A stretch of DNA of 64,000 nt from Eledone cirrhosa (taxonomy: Eukaryota), in the NCBI GenBank assembly GCA_964016885.1, contig OZ024742.1, positions 79,546,001-79,610,000 of the forward strand. The letters run 5' to 3'. The notes under the pieces were generated by a model. That model did not search any database, was not told where the DNA came from, and worked only from the letters and a program-made list of their open reading frames with translations. Numbering within the stretch: position 1 is the stretch's first letter; each line of letters starts with the position of its first letter. The translations under genes were made by a program, and so were the position numbers. Below are positions 40,001 through 55,004 of this stretch, piece after piece.

Positions 40001-40811
40001 CTTTATGCTGCCTATTCTGAGTGAGGTCATATTGAAAAGGAATGGAAAAAGAGGGGAAATACCACTTACTTCATTTCTCGTAGAGGAAAGATGGTTTCTC
40101 CATCCTTCTCACTGCTTGTGGCCTCCTCCGGAAGGATGTCCTTATAAATCCTCCTGGGGAGTGTTTGTCGGAAGTCTCCGATGTCCTTGGCGAATTTGTG
40201 TTTTAATGTCGTGTACGTTATTGTTATTTTTGGTATTGTTATTTTTAGTTTCAGTTGTGGTGGTGGTGGTGGTGGTGTTGTCAGTGGTGTTCGGCGTGGA
40301 AGAGTCGATTCTGGGTGAATCCATTTCGATGTCACGAGATAATAATTTGTTTTTTGTTGCTTCTGCTGTCGCTGTGGTAGTGGTGGTGGTGGTGGTGGTG
40401 GTGGTGGTGGTGGTGGGGGGGCTCTATCACCTGCAGTAATGGCTGGAAATGAATGTCTGCATGTGACAAATTTAAATTATTGCCACTGCTTATATTTTTA
40501 GTGTTGGCAACTGTAGTAATTTCTACAATGGTGGTGCTGGTGGGGAGAGGTGTTGGTCTGTTAGGAAGGCTGTCAGCTTTGTGTCGCTGAGAGACGTGCA
40601 TGTTTTTTTCCAAGAAAGTTTTTGTTTGATAATTATAAAAGTTTAAATTTTGGGCTCAAGGCCCCAAATTTTTTAGTGTCCTTTTTCGAAAGCAATATAT
40701 GTGAACTTATAAACACTTAACAAAAATCTTCCATAACTGGCAATTTGAAACAACCGAAAACAACAAACCTTTGCGGAGCTCACGACAAAACGATTTCCTG
40801 CGTAGGTCGCC
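37003..40811 (-). mobile_element. Tx1/L1-like LINE, internally deleted, in (AAT)n
   Basis: APE (LRIGSIKARGL, VYAP, LVGDWN, YLDR, DHK..GPGYWKLN), RT (SPGLDGLP, LDQSKAFDRVDH, AYADNV) and C-terminal CPRC; aataaa near the 3' end; ORF1 largely missing. Confidence 0.88.
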
Positions 40812-41620
40812 AATAATAATAATAATAATGATAATAATAACCACAACAACTATAGCAACAACAACTACATGATAATGATGATATCATTGTTCAGTATTTT
40901 ATTTACGGTTATTCAATTATCCAGTCTGCTTGTAGACCTCTAAAACAGTCTACTTCGCATGGATAGTCACTACGACCAATGATGTGTGTTCCTTGCCTTC
41001 TACCTATACATCAATATATCTCCATCTGCAGTAATGGCTGGAAATGAATGTCTGCATGTGACAAATTTAAATTATTGCCACTGCTTATATTTTTAGTGTT
41101 GGCAACTGTAGTAATTTCTACAATGGTGGTGCTGGTGGGGAGAGGTGTTGGTCTGTTAGGAAGGCTGTCAGCTTTGTGTCGCTGAGAGACGTGCATGTTT
41201 TTTTCCAAGAAAGTTTTTGTTTGATAATTATAAAAGTTTAAATTTTGGGCTCAAGGCCCCAAATTTTTTAGTGTCCTTTTTCGAAAGCAATATATGTGAA
41301 CTTATAAACACTTAACAAAAATCTTCCATAACTGGCAATTTGAAACAACCGAAAACAACAAACCTTTGCGGAGCTCACGACAAAACGATTTCCTGCGTAG
41401 GTCGCCAATAATAATAATAATAATGATAATAATAACCACAACAACTATAGCAACAACAACTACATGATAATGATGATATCATTGTTCAGTATTTTATTTA
41501 CGGTTATTCAATTATCCAGTCTGCTTGTAGACCTCTAAAACAGTCTACTTCGCATGGATAGTCACTACGACCAATGATGTGTGTTCCTTGCCTTCTACCT
41601 ATACATCAATATATCTCCAT
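40431..41620. repeat. 595-bp tandem duplication spanning the LINE 5' end and its flank
   Basis: 40431-41025 matches 41026-41620 (identical by eye); duplicate ORF MEKNMHVSQ. Confidence 0.9.
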
Positions 41621-43752
41621 CTGTACACCACTTGACGCTCATTCATCATTTCCACATATTAACATTTGACCGTTTCATTCATCTTAAAAGTGTGGTTTTT
41701 ATTTCCTAGAATTTTTTTCTATTTAATACTACATTATTTTCTTTCTGCTTCGCTCTTTTTAGTCTCTTCTCACTTGGTGTCTATTTTCATTAATTCCATC
41801 TTTCATTCTATCTTTTTATTTCCTTTGTCATGTAAATTTTATTGTTCCACCTTTTCTCTCTTTATTTTGCAACTCATTTGCTTCCCGTCTATGTATCTTA
41901 TGGCTATATTGACTTACACTTCACACTCATATATACTTTGCTTTATCAATTTGAGCGCACACACAATATATCTAATCATATTTACATGATAAAAGTTAGA
42001 AACTATAATGGTTTCCTTACTCAAGTTTGTCTTTCTGAACATAGCAGTTTTCTGAATTTCTGAATTTTGCGGATGAGTAATTATCCTCATTAAAAACTCG
42101 CGTATTTTGACTAGTGTCTTCATTTTGATTATTATAATCTCACACTTTTGGTCGTTGAACCGTTCTCCCAAATTCAAGTTTCTGTCGTATTCAGAAGCCT
42201 TGTTAAACTTTCAATCTGATCCCTATATTAAAATTACGAAAACAAATTCCGTTGTCCCTGCTACAGATATCCTTGAATTAGTTGATAACTTACCGTGGTG
42301 TAGGCTGCATGTTCCACGTAAACTTAAGTACGCATAGAATAAAGCGCATGCCATACTTATCGCTTATATGTGCAATGATATTATTTTGTCGGGCTTTAAC
42401 TTATATAATGAGAATTAGAAGCTTTGAGTATCATGTCATGCTTTTAAGTTTAATGCTACGCATACTAAATCAACTCATAATAAGGAGCAAAACCTAATAA
42501 GTATATGCAGAAGTAAAAGTTAGCATTAAATATAAATTAAACATATATTTACTAAATATTAAAAGAATTGAAAATCAATTATGAATACAAAATTATAAAG
42601 TTAAGAAATATATAATATTAGCAGATAAATAAAAATACAAAAGAAAATATATTTCTCAAGTTTGAAGATGTCAGGTCTGCTATTTAATCATAAAACTTAA
42701 AGTCAATTTTGTAACACGGTATAACTTGCGTAAGAGTTGTTTATTAACACCCTTAAGCGGGAAGGCCTTCGATTAGAGATGTTCTAGCTTGACTATTTCA
42801 TCTGTTTTGTTATACGTTATATTTCGTATACGTTTATACATTATTCAATGTCTTCTTTCTTTTTAATGCAGCAGGATATGATTTGAGGGAAGTTTGGATG
42901 CAATTACTAAGAGATATAATATCCATGAACGGGCACAGCTTAATTTACGTTTTCCGTGATCGATAAAATCAAATCCTATCAATTATGCTAAAGAATCATT
43001 TGTTAAATATATCTAGCTTGCTAAGTTTGAAAAATATGTTACAAAAAACTAATTACCACTAATTAAGTTCACATGTTAATGTTTAGTTTTGATAAGGGTC
43101 GGCTGTTCCCTCACTCAAAATCTGTGGTCATATAGCGCAACAGGACAGAACGCGGCAGTGTCACAAGAAAGAAGGCCATAATGTGATTGAACCAATCCCA
43201 ATAAATATTTTTCAACCAATTTTATTAATCTAATATTCATAGGTTGATACATAAATAATACGACTGAGAGAATGCCTTGAAAATGCCTCCTATCTAGTTG
43301 CATTTTGAGCTGAAATCCCATCAAAGTTAACTTCGCATTTCATATTTTGTAGATTGATAAAAAAAGTAGTAGCATTCGCAGCCATTTTTATTTCCCTATC
43401 ATTCTTGATTGTACGTCTATTTCGATGTGTCTATTGAACAACCAGTTATTTACACAGTAATTTCCCGAAGATATTCAATTGATTGTACTGAATGCTCTTC
43501 ATGAAAAAAGACGTATAACCTCCATATAAATAAGGTGTTATAAACTTTGAACCATTTGAACCATCACAATGTTTTACAACTAGTTCAGTATAACTACTAT
43601 ATTTTCGTTCACCATCCTAATAAACATTTGATAGATATTCCTGTATAGTTTACAACCGATTTGCGTATATTTTAGCAAGCAAGTAAACTATAATTTAGAT
43701 CTATTTGCGCAAAGGTAAAATACGGAGACAATGCTGAACATTAAGCTAAGGG

Positions 43753-43826
<74 letters not shown>

Positions 43827-45541
43827 TATTGAGAAAAGTTATATTTTGAGTCTCTCAAGCTCAATTGATTTTGACGTTGACTCTATTTAATAACATATAG
43901 TAAAATGCTAGGAAAGAATGAGAAGTATAACACACCCTCTCATTCCATGTAGTGTCATATCATTTCTTTTCAATATGCATCGTAATATATTTGAGTCAAT
44001 AAGCAATATTAAGTGTATGTATTTTTTATTGTTTTGCTTTATTTTATAGGGCGTATCTGTTCAATGATTACCTTTTTCCCCGACACGAGTTTAGTTTTGA
44101 GTACTTAATGATATAGCGTCCATCACATTAAGTATATTAGCGCTTACAACACTATGTACTTTTCATGCGAGTGATATCCCAGTGGTTTTTCCTTAGGGCT
44201 TATGTTGTGTTGCGATACCAATGTATGTAAATATTTTGTACATACATACCGTACTTCTCTATTAATCTGACAAACACGTAAATGACTGTCATTGAAAAGA
44301 TTCAGTAAGATAGAAATATGTTCGGTGTTATCACTGTGTCTGTCAAACAACAGTTTATTCTCACTTTCACTACATTGCCTATTTCCAAGTATAATTAATT
44401 AGAACATCACTGCGTCAATCTATTAGAAAATGATTTTGAATAATCACCCTATCCTTTGCTTGTTTGAATAAAGCAATGGTTCAAAATTTATCTCTTCTCG
44501 ATATAAATATAATCTTGATTATTCTACGTTGTCATGTTTACCACATCGAGTGTGATGACAGCAAAGTTATTGATATATTGATCAGTTTACTGTTCAGTCT
44601 CTTAAAATATGTATTAATATAACTTTTGCTGAGAGGAAGAGTGTATCCTGAAAATATTTTAGATCTAATTCATCACTCTATGTATATGAATAATGAATAA
44701 AAATGGTCGAATTCTTAATCATAGTCGGGATGAGACAACGTGCTGTGTATTAGTTCGTGGTATGTATGGTTAATCATTTCTACATACTTCATCTTATCTG
44801 TTAGGCAATATGTAAACCAATTATTTGTTATATTTTATAATACAATAGTGTAATTATTGTAATGACCGGAGTTTGTGATTTTATCAAAAGCAGTGTTCAG
44901 GCCAATAAACATTTTTGAAGTAATGTTAAGGTTGGTGGTTTATTTTATCAAAAGCAATGTTTAAGCAAAGAAACATTTTTGAAGTAATATTAGGTTTCAA
45001 ACACACCTTTTCAGTTAAGAGCACAAGGGAATTACAGGTTTTCTCTTTTTAAGATGATCTTCTGGGAATATTTTCTATTTATGTTGATTCCAGTCTAATT
45101 TCTTATTACAAAATATGCTTTTGACATTTCTTTTATTGATGTTGTTAAATACATTGGTGTAAAATTCGAACGTAAGAATGTCAGATGATGACTTAGATTA
45201 TGCTTTTCTCCGAAGAAGGTTAGCTGTTTTAAGAGACGACATTACGAGACATTTTGTCAACCGTAACAATCAATTATGCTATGTTGAATTATATTAATTT
45301 TAATTTTAGATAAGGTTACCTCAGGTACTATGGGAAATATGTCAAATAAACGTTCTTTGAGACAAGTCAGAGACCATCAGCCACCTATGTGAAATATAAT
45401 TTGAACAAATGCGTTTAGAATTTTCATAAATTTCCGTTTTGGAAACGACTGTTGTCTCGTTGTGCTCAACGCAAAGAACATAATGGATTATCTGAAGATA
45501 TTACCACTACTACAATATATTCATGTATGTATGTATGTATG

Positions 45542-45591
<50 letters not shown>

Positions 45592-46312
45592 TATATATAT
45601 ATACACACATATATATACCTATATATATACATATAGTAATAAGAATATTTATATTTATATATGTTTCATATATCTATAAATATATAGGGTAGTACTAAGT
45701 ACATGGTCAGTAATTCGGTGGAATTTACATTTAACAAACAAACACCTATTGACTATAAACGACTCAAAATAATCCCATGGTTAATAGCTGTGAGTAACAA
45801 ACAACATATACACATACATACGAACTTCATCACAAAAACACCTAAATGGAAATCAGATATCCAACTCTATCACGTGCTTTGCATTACACCTTACATAACA
45901 AATACCTACATTATCACCACATGCCTCTCTAACAAATTGCACACAATCTTAAACATTTATAACAATTATAGCATGCTTTAAAACCCCACACAAAATATAT
46001 TTATTTCAACTGCATTATAACGCTTTCCTCATACATGCCTTATTGACTGTATTGACTTCTGCGTTGTACACCGATTTTCCTTGCTATTAACCTTTTTGCC
46101 TGTGTTTATTTTTGCTTGTGATTTTTTTTGCTTGTGCTTTTTACTTATACCTATTTTCCTTTCAACCAGTGCTGCCTGTAATCGTGTTCTTTCAAGCAGA
46201 ACATCTTTTTAACTCCTGACTCTCCACATGATGTCTATGACACTAACAACAATTATGTACCCTAAATGTTCTAAACGACTAGGATTTTAGTAACATGTTT
46301 CGACATTACATA

Positions 46313-46358
46313 TGCTCCGATGATTCAGACTTCCCTCTGGAAGAAACAATTGTCAGCA
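46313..46358 (+). ncRNA. Minimal hammerhead (CCGATGA core) with palindromic stem III
   Basis: tgct CCGATGA ttcaga cttccc tctggaa GAAAC AATT GTC agca. Confidence 0.75.
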
Positions 46359-49300
46359 AATAAATGTTCCAAACTAAAATTTGATCGTTTTACACTTTGT
46401 ATCTCGGCTCTGTAAAACACCTGAAAATTTGGATTGAGCCTTTTGTCATACCGGTAACCGGCTAGTACTTAGTACTATCCTACATATTTATAGTTATATC
46501 AAACATATATAAATATAAATATTCTTATTACTAATTCTGCTCCTTCTAGTAGAGCTGACATATAGAGAATTAGTGGTATGTAGATCAAAGACTATCTTCC
46601 GTTGTCCCTAAAGAACATACCTATCCCATCTAGGGATACATACGAAAAATTACTGATTAATAGTGGCAACTCTTTTATTAAAAGAGTTAGATGGAGAGCT
46701 TTCCACTATGATAGGAGCCGCACTGTGAAAGAAAAAGATGCACCTTCGTTTGAAACATACGGCTTCAAAACATATAAACGCCTTCCACACAATATCTTAC
46801 TGGACTCATTTGAAAACGACCTTGTGTCACTTGTTAAAAGGATTAAGTACAGGAAATACTACAATAGGGAGAACGACTTCCTAAATAACCTAAATTCCAC
46901 CATAAAAAAACTTTAAAACTTTAAAAAGAATAGGAATACCTTAGTACTAGCTGATAAAACTAAAAACATATATAGCCTAGATTACGATACATATAGAGAA
47001 TTTATACATAAAGAACTTTACAGGAACTACAAAAAAACATCTCATAAAAACCTGGATGACATAAATCTTGAAGCCCGTAGTTTAATATGTAAATTAGGAC
47101 TAGAGAGATATACTCAACCATACACCCCTAATCCCCCACGATTCTCTCTGAAAGACCATAAGGATGACTTCAATACCAACCGCCCAATTAGACTTATATG
47201 CCCATCCAGATCTGATATTGGTATTATTAGTAAACAGATTTTAGATAAAGTAATCCCCCAAATTAAACAAAAAATTAATTTTAACCTCTGGGGAAACACT
47301 AGTGAAGTAATCGAATGGTTTAATGGTATTAATGAAACTAATAATAAGAAATTCATCCAATTTGATATAAACTCCTACTACACCTCTATTTCACCTATCC
47401 TCCTATATAAAGCATTAATAATGGCCATGAATAATAGTGAACTCACTAGATCCCAGGTAGATATAATCCTTGCGGCCAGGAAAACAATAATTAAATTTGA
47501 AGACCAACTATGGACCCGCAAGAATACACCCAACAACTTCGATATCACCATGGAATCTAGTGACTCGGCACAGGTAACCGACTTAGTCGGTCTATTCCTC
47601 TTAAACGAAATACATAAGAACCTACATTACCTTAACGGTGGCCTCTACCGATACGACGCACTTTTCCTCTTAGACTATAACAAGTTCAATATATAAAGAA
47701 CTAGAAAACAATTACATAAAATATTTAAAAACTATAACTTATGTATAAAACACCAAAAATGTAAATCTTCCTGGACGGCACTCTCTACTTAGACCCTAAA
47801 GAATATACACCTTATCTTAAACCTAATGAAAAACCAACTCTAACCACTCTAAATCTGTACTGACCTCAGGGGTATCTAATAGAATACCTAGCCTTTCTTA
47901 CAACGAGAATACATTTAATCGTAACTCCCAATTCTATAATGAAGCCTTCGCCCGTTCCGGCCATAGAGATAAAATTAAATTTAAACATAAATCGTCAACC
48001 ACCCATAGACAACCTAACATAATTCCACACAACATGGCCATGAATAAAAGTAAAAATAATCATAGTACTGAAAATCCCGACTCCTATACAGAGCGCACCA
48101 TAAAAAAAGTTAAATCACACCAGAGCAATAATCCTAAAAAAGACCACAGAAAGAAAAATATAAATAAGAAGGAACCTAACACCGCACTAAATAGTATTAT
48201 GAATAACAACCATAAGAAGAATAGAATAAGAAGTAACACCTTTTTTAATCCTCCGTTCAACTTAAATGTATCAACAAACATACCTAAAGCTTTCTTCTCT
48301 ACTCTAGACAAACACTTCCCAACTAACCATAAATACCACAACCTATTTAACAAAAACAATTAAAATCTACTCCACCACACCTAACATAGCAGACCCTATA
48401 GCCAGCACCAACAAGAGAAAGATTAAAAAGTACTTCAAATTACACCAAAGTAATAATGTCCAACATAGAAATAACCTGAACAATAACACAGTACAAGACC
48501 ATACAGCAAGTCACACTAATAATACCAATAATAATAATACTCACCATAATCATAACACTAAAAGTAGAAACAGAAACAACCACTCAAATGCATACCCCCT
48601 TAACCAGTATACCAGTCACCAAAACAATTGTAATTGTAGGCCCAACAAGACATGCCCATTAAATAAGAAGTGCCTAAAGGCATTGTCTACTCTGGTTCTC
48701 TAACCGCTAATCACATCTCGAAAGTATATATAGGCTCAATATCGAATAGCTTTAAGACCAGATATAATTCACACCTTCATTCGTTCAGAAACCCTAAACT
48801 TATCAACGTAATCTCACTAGCCACATACATACACTCATTAAAATCAAGTAATATACCATACACCTTAAAATGAGAAGTGATAGCTAAGGCCCCTTCATAT
48901 AGACCACCTAACATATTTTGTAAGCTTTGAATCCTCAAGTCTAGAAATATTATTCACTCTAACCTTAGCCTACTAAATAGGAAATCAGATATCTTCTCCA
49001 CGTGTCCACATTAACATAGATTCTCGTGCCACTACTTCAACCCTAGTAACTAATAATAATAATAATAATAATAATAAAAATAAAAATAAAGACCAATGTC
49101 GGAGATAACACTAGACCACCACCTTTTAATTTATCCAAGTAGACCTTCATGAATATAGGACTACACCTTAATTAAAAGGCCACACTGACCTACATACAGT
49201 CAATAAACCCGTTTGATCTCTTACCTTATACAATTAAAATATTTAAATAATATAGACACTCTAATACACTCTCAATATATAACACCAACTAAATAGCAGA

Positions 49301-49386
49301 CAGCTGTGTATATAACTCCAATTACTCCAGTATATATTATGCAACCTACTATCCTGTCATAAAAAACTTCAACTATCTCTACACAA

Positions 49387-49441
<55 letters not shown>

Positions 49442-49630
49442 TCTTTTACTCTTTTACCTGTTTCAGCCATCCGGCTGAGGCCATACTGGGGCACCGCCCT
49501 TATATATATATAAGTTGAGCCAACTTATGCAGCTTCATATGCAAATGAGATTAATCACCTCATTTACACAGACGAGAAAAGTAAATATTCTCAGCTGTCT
49601 TCTAGTCCAAAAGTCGCAAGCGGTGGCAGG

Positions 49631-49676
49631 GGCCGTCCTGACGAAGACCAGTTAAACCTGAAATACATAGACGGTT
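49631..49676 (+). ncRNA. Minimal hammerhead in a nested pseudo-LTR fragment (about 49510-49830)
   Basis: ggccgtc CTGACGA ag..ct GAAA T AC A TA gacggtt. Stem I extends (gcaag..cttgc); stem II is decayed. Confidence 0.65.
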
Positions 49677-49827
49677 GTCCCCCTTGCTTCTGCTGGACAT
49701 CACCAGAGGGCGTTAGCCCCCCCCCCGGTGTTTGCATACCTACGGCTTCCTAAAACTGTATTTCTTTGGAGATACAAAATATTTATACATATTGTATAAA
49801 GCTTTGCTTGAAGCGAAATACTATTTC

Positions 49828-50297
<470 letters not shown>

Positions 50298-51308
50298 TTC
50301 TAACACATATGTATATACCTTATCTTATATATACATATACTAACTATGTAAAAACTATATAGTTATAATAAACTAAAAAAATAAATGTTTTTAACTCTCT
50401 CCACACAAGTTTAAAAGATAATAATTATATAACCAATAATATTTTATAAACTCTGTAAAGATTAATTTATAACACTACTAATATATTAAAACAATCCTTA
50501 ATTTATTAACAACATTAATTACCTCCCTTTGTTATTAACCCCCTTAACAACACGCTGTGTAAAATTATAACATTAAGCAACCTAACGGTTTACCAACAGC
50601 TTAATAACGGTTAATACAAACCCTAGAAAAGATAATTTGTAGATAAAAAATGCATAACATAATATACCTACAATAACAACATGGCCAGTAATTCGGTGGA
50701 ATTTACATTTAACAAACAAACACCTATTGACTATAAACGACTCAAAATAATCCCATGGTTAATAACTGTGAGTAACAAACAACATATACACATATATACG
50801 AACTATAACACAAAAACACCTAAATGAAAATCACATATCCCACTCTATCACGTACTTTGCATTACACATTACATAACAAATACCTCCATTATCAACACAT
50901 GCCTCTCTAACAAATTGCACGCCATCTTAAACATCTATAACAATTATAACATGCTTTAACACCCCCACACAAAATATATTTATTTCAACTGCATTATAAC
51001 TCTTTCCCCATACACGCCTTATTGACTGTATTGACTCCTGCATTGTACACCGATTTTCCTTGCTTATCACTTTTTTGCTTGTGTTTTTTTTTTTGCTTGT
51101 GACTTTTTTTGCTTGTGATTTGTTTGCTTGTACTTTTTACCTATACCTATTACACTTTCAACCAGTGCTGCCTGTAATTGTGTTCTTTCAAGCAGAACAT
51201 CTTTTTAACTCCTGACTCTCCACATGATGTCTATGACACTAACAACAATTATGTACCCTAAATGTTCTAAATGACTAGGATTTTAGTTACATGTTTCGAC
51301 ATTCCTTA

Positions 51309-51354
51309 TGCTCCGATGATGCAGACTTCCCTCTGGAAGAAACAATTGTCAGCA
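51309..51354 (+). ncRNA. Minimal hammerhead (CCGATGA core), 3' pseudo-LTR copy
   Basis: tgct CCGATGA tgcaga cttccc tctggaa GAAAC AATT GTC agca. Confidence 0.68.
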
Positions 51355-51417
51355 AATAAATGTTCCAAACTAAAATTTGATCGATTTATCACTTTGTATA
51401 TATACATATATATATTC

Positions 51418-51492
<75 letters not shown>

Positions 51493-51586
51493 TATAAATT
51501 AAATACACCAAAACAACAAATCAGACAATACAATGAAAAAAAAAGAAGGAAAAAACGTGTTAACGCTTGATATAGTAGTAAAAGAT

Positions 51587-51624
51587 TATCTACGTTTCGG
51601 ACACTAGTCCTTCATCAGAAGATA
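51587..51624 (-). ncRNA. Minimal hammerhead with no stem III loop
   Basis: tatctt CTGATGA a ggac tagt gtcc GAAAC GTA gata; stem I is imperfect. Confidence 0.62.
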
Positions 51625-51952
51625 GAATGATAAATAAAAGATGAAATAGAAAGATAGAAAGTGAGAATTGGAAGGAACGAAAAAACAAAATTGGAGAAAT
51701 TGTATGTGTTCCCAGTTAGCTATTTAGGGGATTGGGGAAAATATGTATGGAAATATATAATATAGTTGTGTATGAAAGAGAGAGAGAGAAAGGGTGAGAG
51801 AGAGAGATAGGGTGAGGGAGAGGGTGAGAGAGAGGTGAGACACAGGGGGGAGAGATAGATAGATATAGAGAAAGAGAGAGAAAGAGAGAGAGAGAAAGAG
51901 AGAGAAAGAGAGAGAGAAAGAGAAAGAAAGAAAGAGATAGAGATAGATAGAT

Positions 51953-52054
<102 letters not shown>

Positions 52055-52466
52055 TCAGATATTGTCTTTTTTACCATAACTGTTGACATCCTCCCATTTC
52101 CACTGTAATGATGTGCCTATTCGTTTTGCTGCGCTCTCACTATTCCCCTTTCTCTGACATTTATCTTACACATCACCCCTCTCTCATCTGACTTTATCCG
52201 CCTCTTTTACTCTCTATCTTTTTCTATATAATGCCCAGATTATTCAATATGGACACGGAGATATAAACAACTGAATTTGAATATATTGCTTTATTTGTAA
52301 AGCAAATCAATTTTAACCATTACTGATCCCATAAGGTAGTGAACACCACACACACACACACAAGCACATACAAGCACACACACACACACACTATATATAT
52401 ATAGTTTTGCGGGTGTTCGCGGGTTCGCTTCTTAATACCGTGATACAAAGCGCATACGTACACACA

Positions 52467-52507
<41 letters not shown>

Positions 52508-52528
52508 ATCTGTTATTTTAATAAATAA

Positions 52529-52560
<32 letters not shown>

Positions 52561-52589
52561 TTAAATGCATATATTAATTCATACACACG

Positions 52590-52730
<141 letters not shown>

Positions 52731-53604
52731 GGTAAACAGAAATAACAACACAATCGGGGCAGTATATATATATAGAGAGAGAAGGACACACACACGCATT
52801 CAATCATTCCTGTTTAATTATATTTTCTTTCTCTATCTTCTTTTATCTCTTTGTGTTTCGATTTTCAATATTTCCTGCACATTTTACCCATTACTGTCTC
52901 TGCCTCATATTTGCTATTCTCTACATGTTTTCATTCTCACCTTTGCCCAATTCTTTCACCTATTCTCCCAAACGCTCTCTTTTTCTCATTCATTCTTGCT
53001 TTCTTCATCTTTTATTTCTCATTCTGACACTTACGTTTTGTCTATAAATCTCTGCATAAGATGTATACGATGAGACAACAAACAGTAAAGAAACACGAAA
53101 TGGTAATTTAGAAGTCAAGATTGATCGTTCTTATGATCGGTTTTAAACGTCGAGCCACTATTAGTATTTCAGTTTTGTCTTTTTTCTTCAGGTTTTTTTA
53201 ATGTAATATTTTGAAACATTAATCTATATAAAGTAATCAACCATAGATGGAATAAATCAAAATTCCCCAGAGAAATCTGTTTGTTTTTGTCTGTGTTTTG
53301 ACTGCCTACAAATATATTACAAACATGGTCGCTTCCCAGTCAATATAACTATTTAATGCATATATTTCAATATATGCCAGAGTGGAGTATCTTAAAGGGC
53401 AAATATGATACTTCGTAAAAGAAATTGATTTTATTTGAAGAGAATCTAAATTTGTTTCTACACATAGATACACACAAAACACAATTATATATATATATAT
53501 ATAAAAAAAAAACGATGAAGATTCATTTACACATATTTCCTATTTTTTTTATCTCCGTCTACCCTCTCAGTTCGTGTGTACCATAATTCCTTTATGAATG
53601 TTAT

Positions 53605-53665
53605 GCAATACACCTGATGATGTCGCTGCGATTCTACTGGCCATTGAAATGTATACAGTGTCTGC
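53605..53665 (+). ncRNA. Decayed hammerhead-like motif
   Basis: gcaatacac CTGATGA tgtc..gccatt GAAA tgtataca gtgtctgc. Stem I pairs; the cleavage triplet is non-canonical. Confidence 0.4.
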
Positions 53666-53834
53666 GAAAATAAAAATGTGAAGGAATTTCACCAATCTGG
53701 CCTCCCGTCATTTTATTCAATAGCAATCAACTCCGTTCCCGCACCATCAACAGAATCTTACATCAAAGATGAATGAGTTGCGTTATGTTGAATGCATTTC
53801 CTACTATTGAATTATGGTTAACTATATGTATATA

Positions 53835-54905
53835 TATTTCTAGGGCGGGTAAAATTCCCGAGATCAATGGACGAGTTCTCTCCAGCGGTCTCTGTCCCTC
53901 ATTATCACTGCCATGTCCTGCGTCTCCAACAGACCAGTGTCTGTCCTTAGGGCATCAACATACGTTAACCTTGGTCTTCCTCTTCCAGTGTGTCCATGTA
54001 GGGGCTCCCACAGGAGCAATGAGTGCAATGTCAACTCTGGATGCCAGTGAGCATGTCCAGCTAACCTCAGTCTCCTCTGTGTCACTTTTGAGCTGACTTT
54101 TGGGAGGCTCCCATACAGATCTGAGTTTTTCATCCTCAGTGTATACTGATTAATGTTCAGAGCCATCCTCAGCATTCTTGTGTAGCACCCATCCACCATC
54201 TGAGTGAGTTACTTGGTCAGTGTCCAAGTCTCAGATCCGTACAGCAGCACAGACTCCACTACATCAATGAAAAGGCGGAATTTCAGGTCTTTACGAAGGT
54301 CCGACTTTCACACCGATCTCAAGTTGTGGCAGTGCTCTTCCTCTCCACCACATCATCTTCCGTATTCCTAATCTTTGCTCCCAAATACAAGAAGTCCTCA
54401 ACCAATTCTAGCGGCTTCCCGCCTACATTAGTGATCCCCTCTGGCTTCTCAACATTCTCTACCAGATATTTTGTTTTAGTCTCATTCATTCTCAGCCCCA
54501 CACTCATCGACACAGTCTCAACCTCCTGCATCAAATCCCCCGCCTCCTTCCCTGTATTTGTCACCAAAACTATGTCGTCGGCAAATTCAGCATCCGATAT
54601 CTTTTTCGCCTTAACTCTCCTGCTCTGAGCCTGTGCTACAGTAAAACCAGAGTACTTTGATTCTGTGGACCGTCACTGCCTGATGAAGATCTTACATGCT
54701 TATGGAATCCCCAAGAAGATAGTGGACCTGATATCACTGCTCTACACCAACACCAAAGCCCAAGTCATTACACCTGATGGGATGACAGAGTTCTTTGAGA
54801 TACTGGCTGGAGTGCTCCAGGGAGATACATTGGCTCCTTACCTTTTTATCATCATAGTGGACTATTGTATGCGCCTTGCACCGGAGAAACAATAAGACTC
54901 TGGCT
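53835..54905 (-). mobile_element. RTE-like LINE 3' fragment with inverted 5' segment
   Basis: Minus 54653-53865: SGFT..SRR..AEFADDIV, FLYLG, LLYGSETW, RLRLAGH. Plus 54655-54905: FDSVDR..GVLQGDTLAPYLF. Confidence 0.85.
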
Positions 54906-54928
54906 TATATATATATATATATATATAT

Positions 54929-55004
<76 letters not shown>

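Noticed and set aside
40332-40613. His-rich ORF
   Set aside because: An out-of-frame reading of a (CAC)n tract in a decayed LINE ORF1.
41625-45500. Unique AT-rich stretch searched for exons and structured RNA
   Set aside because: No credible ORF or motif by eye apart from a decayed SINE near 43270-43370; small exons cannot be excluded.
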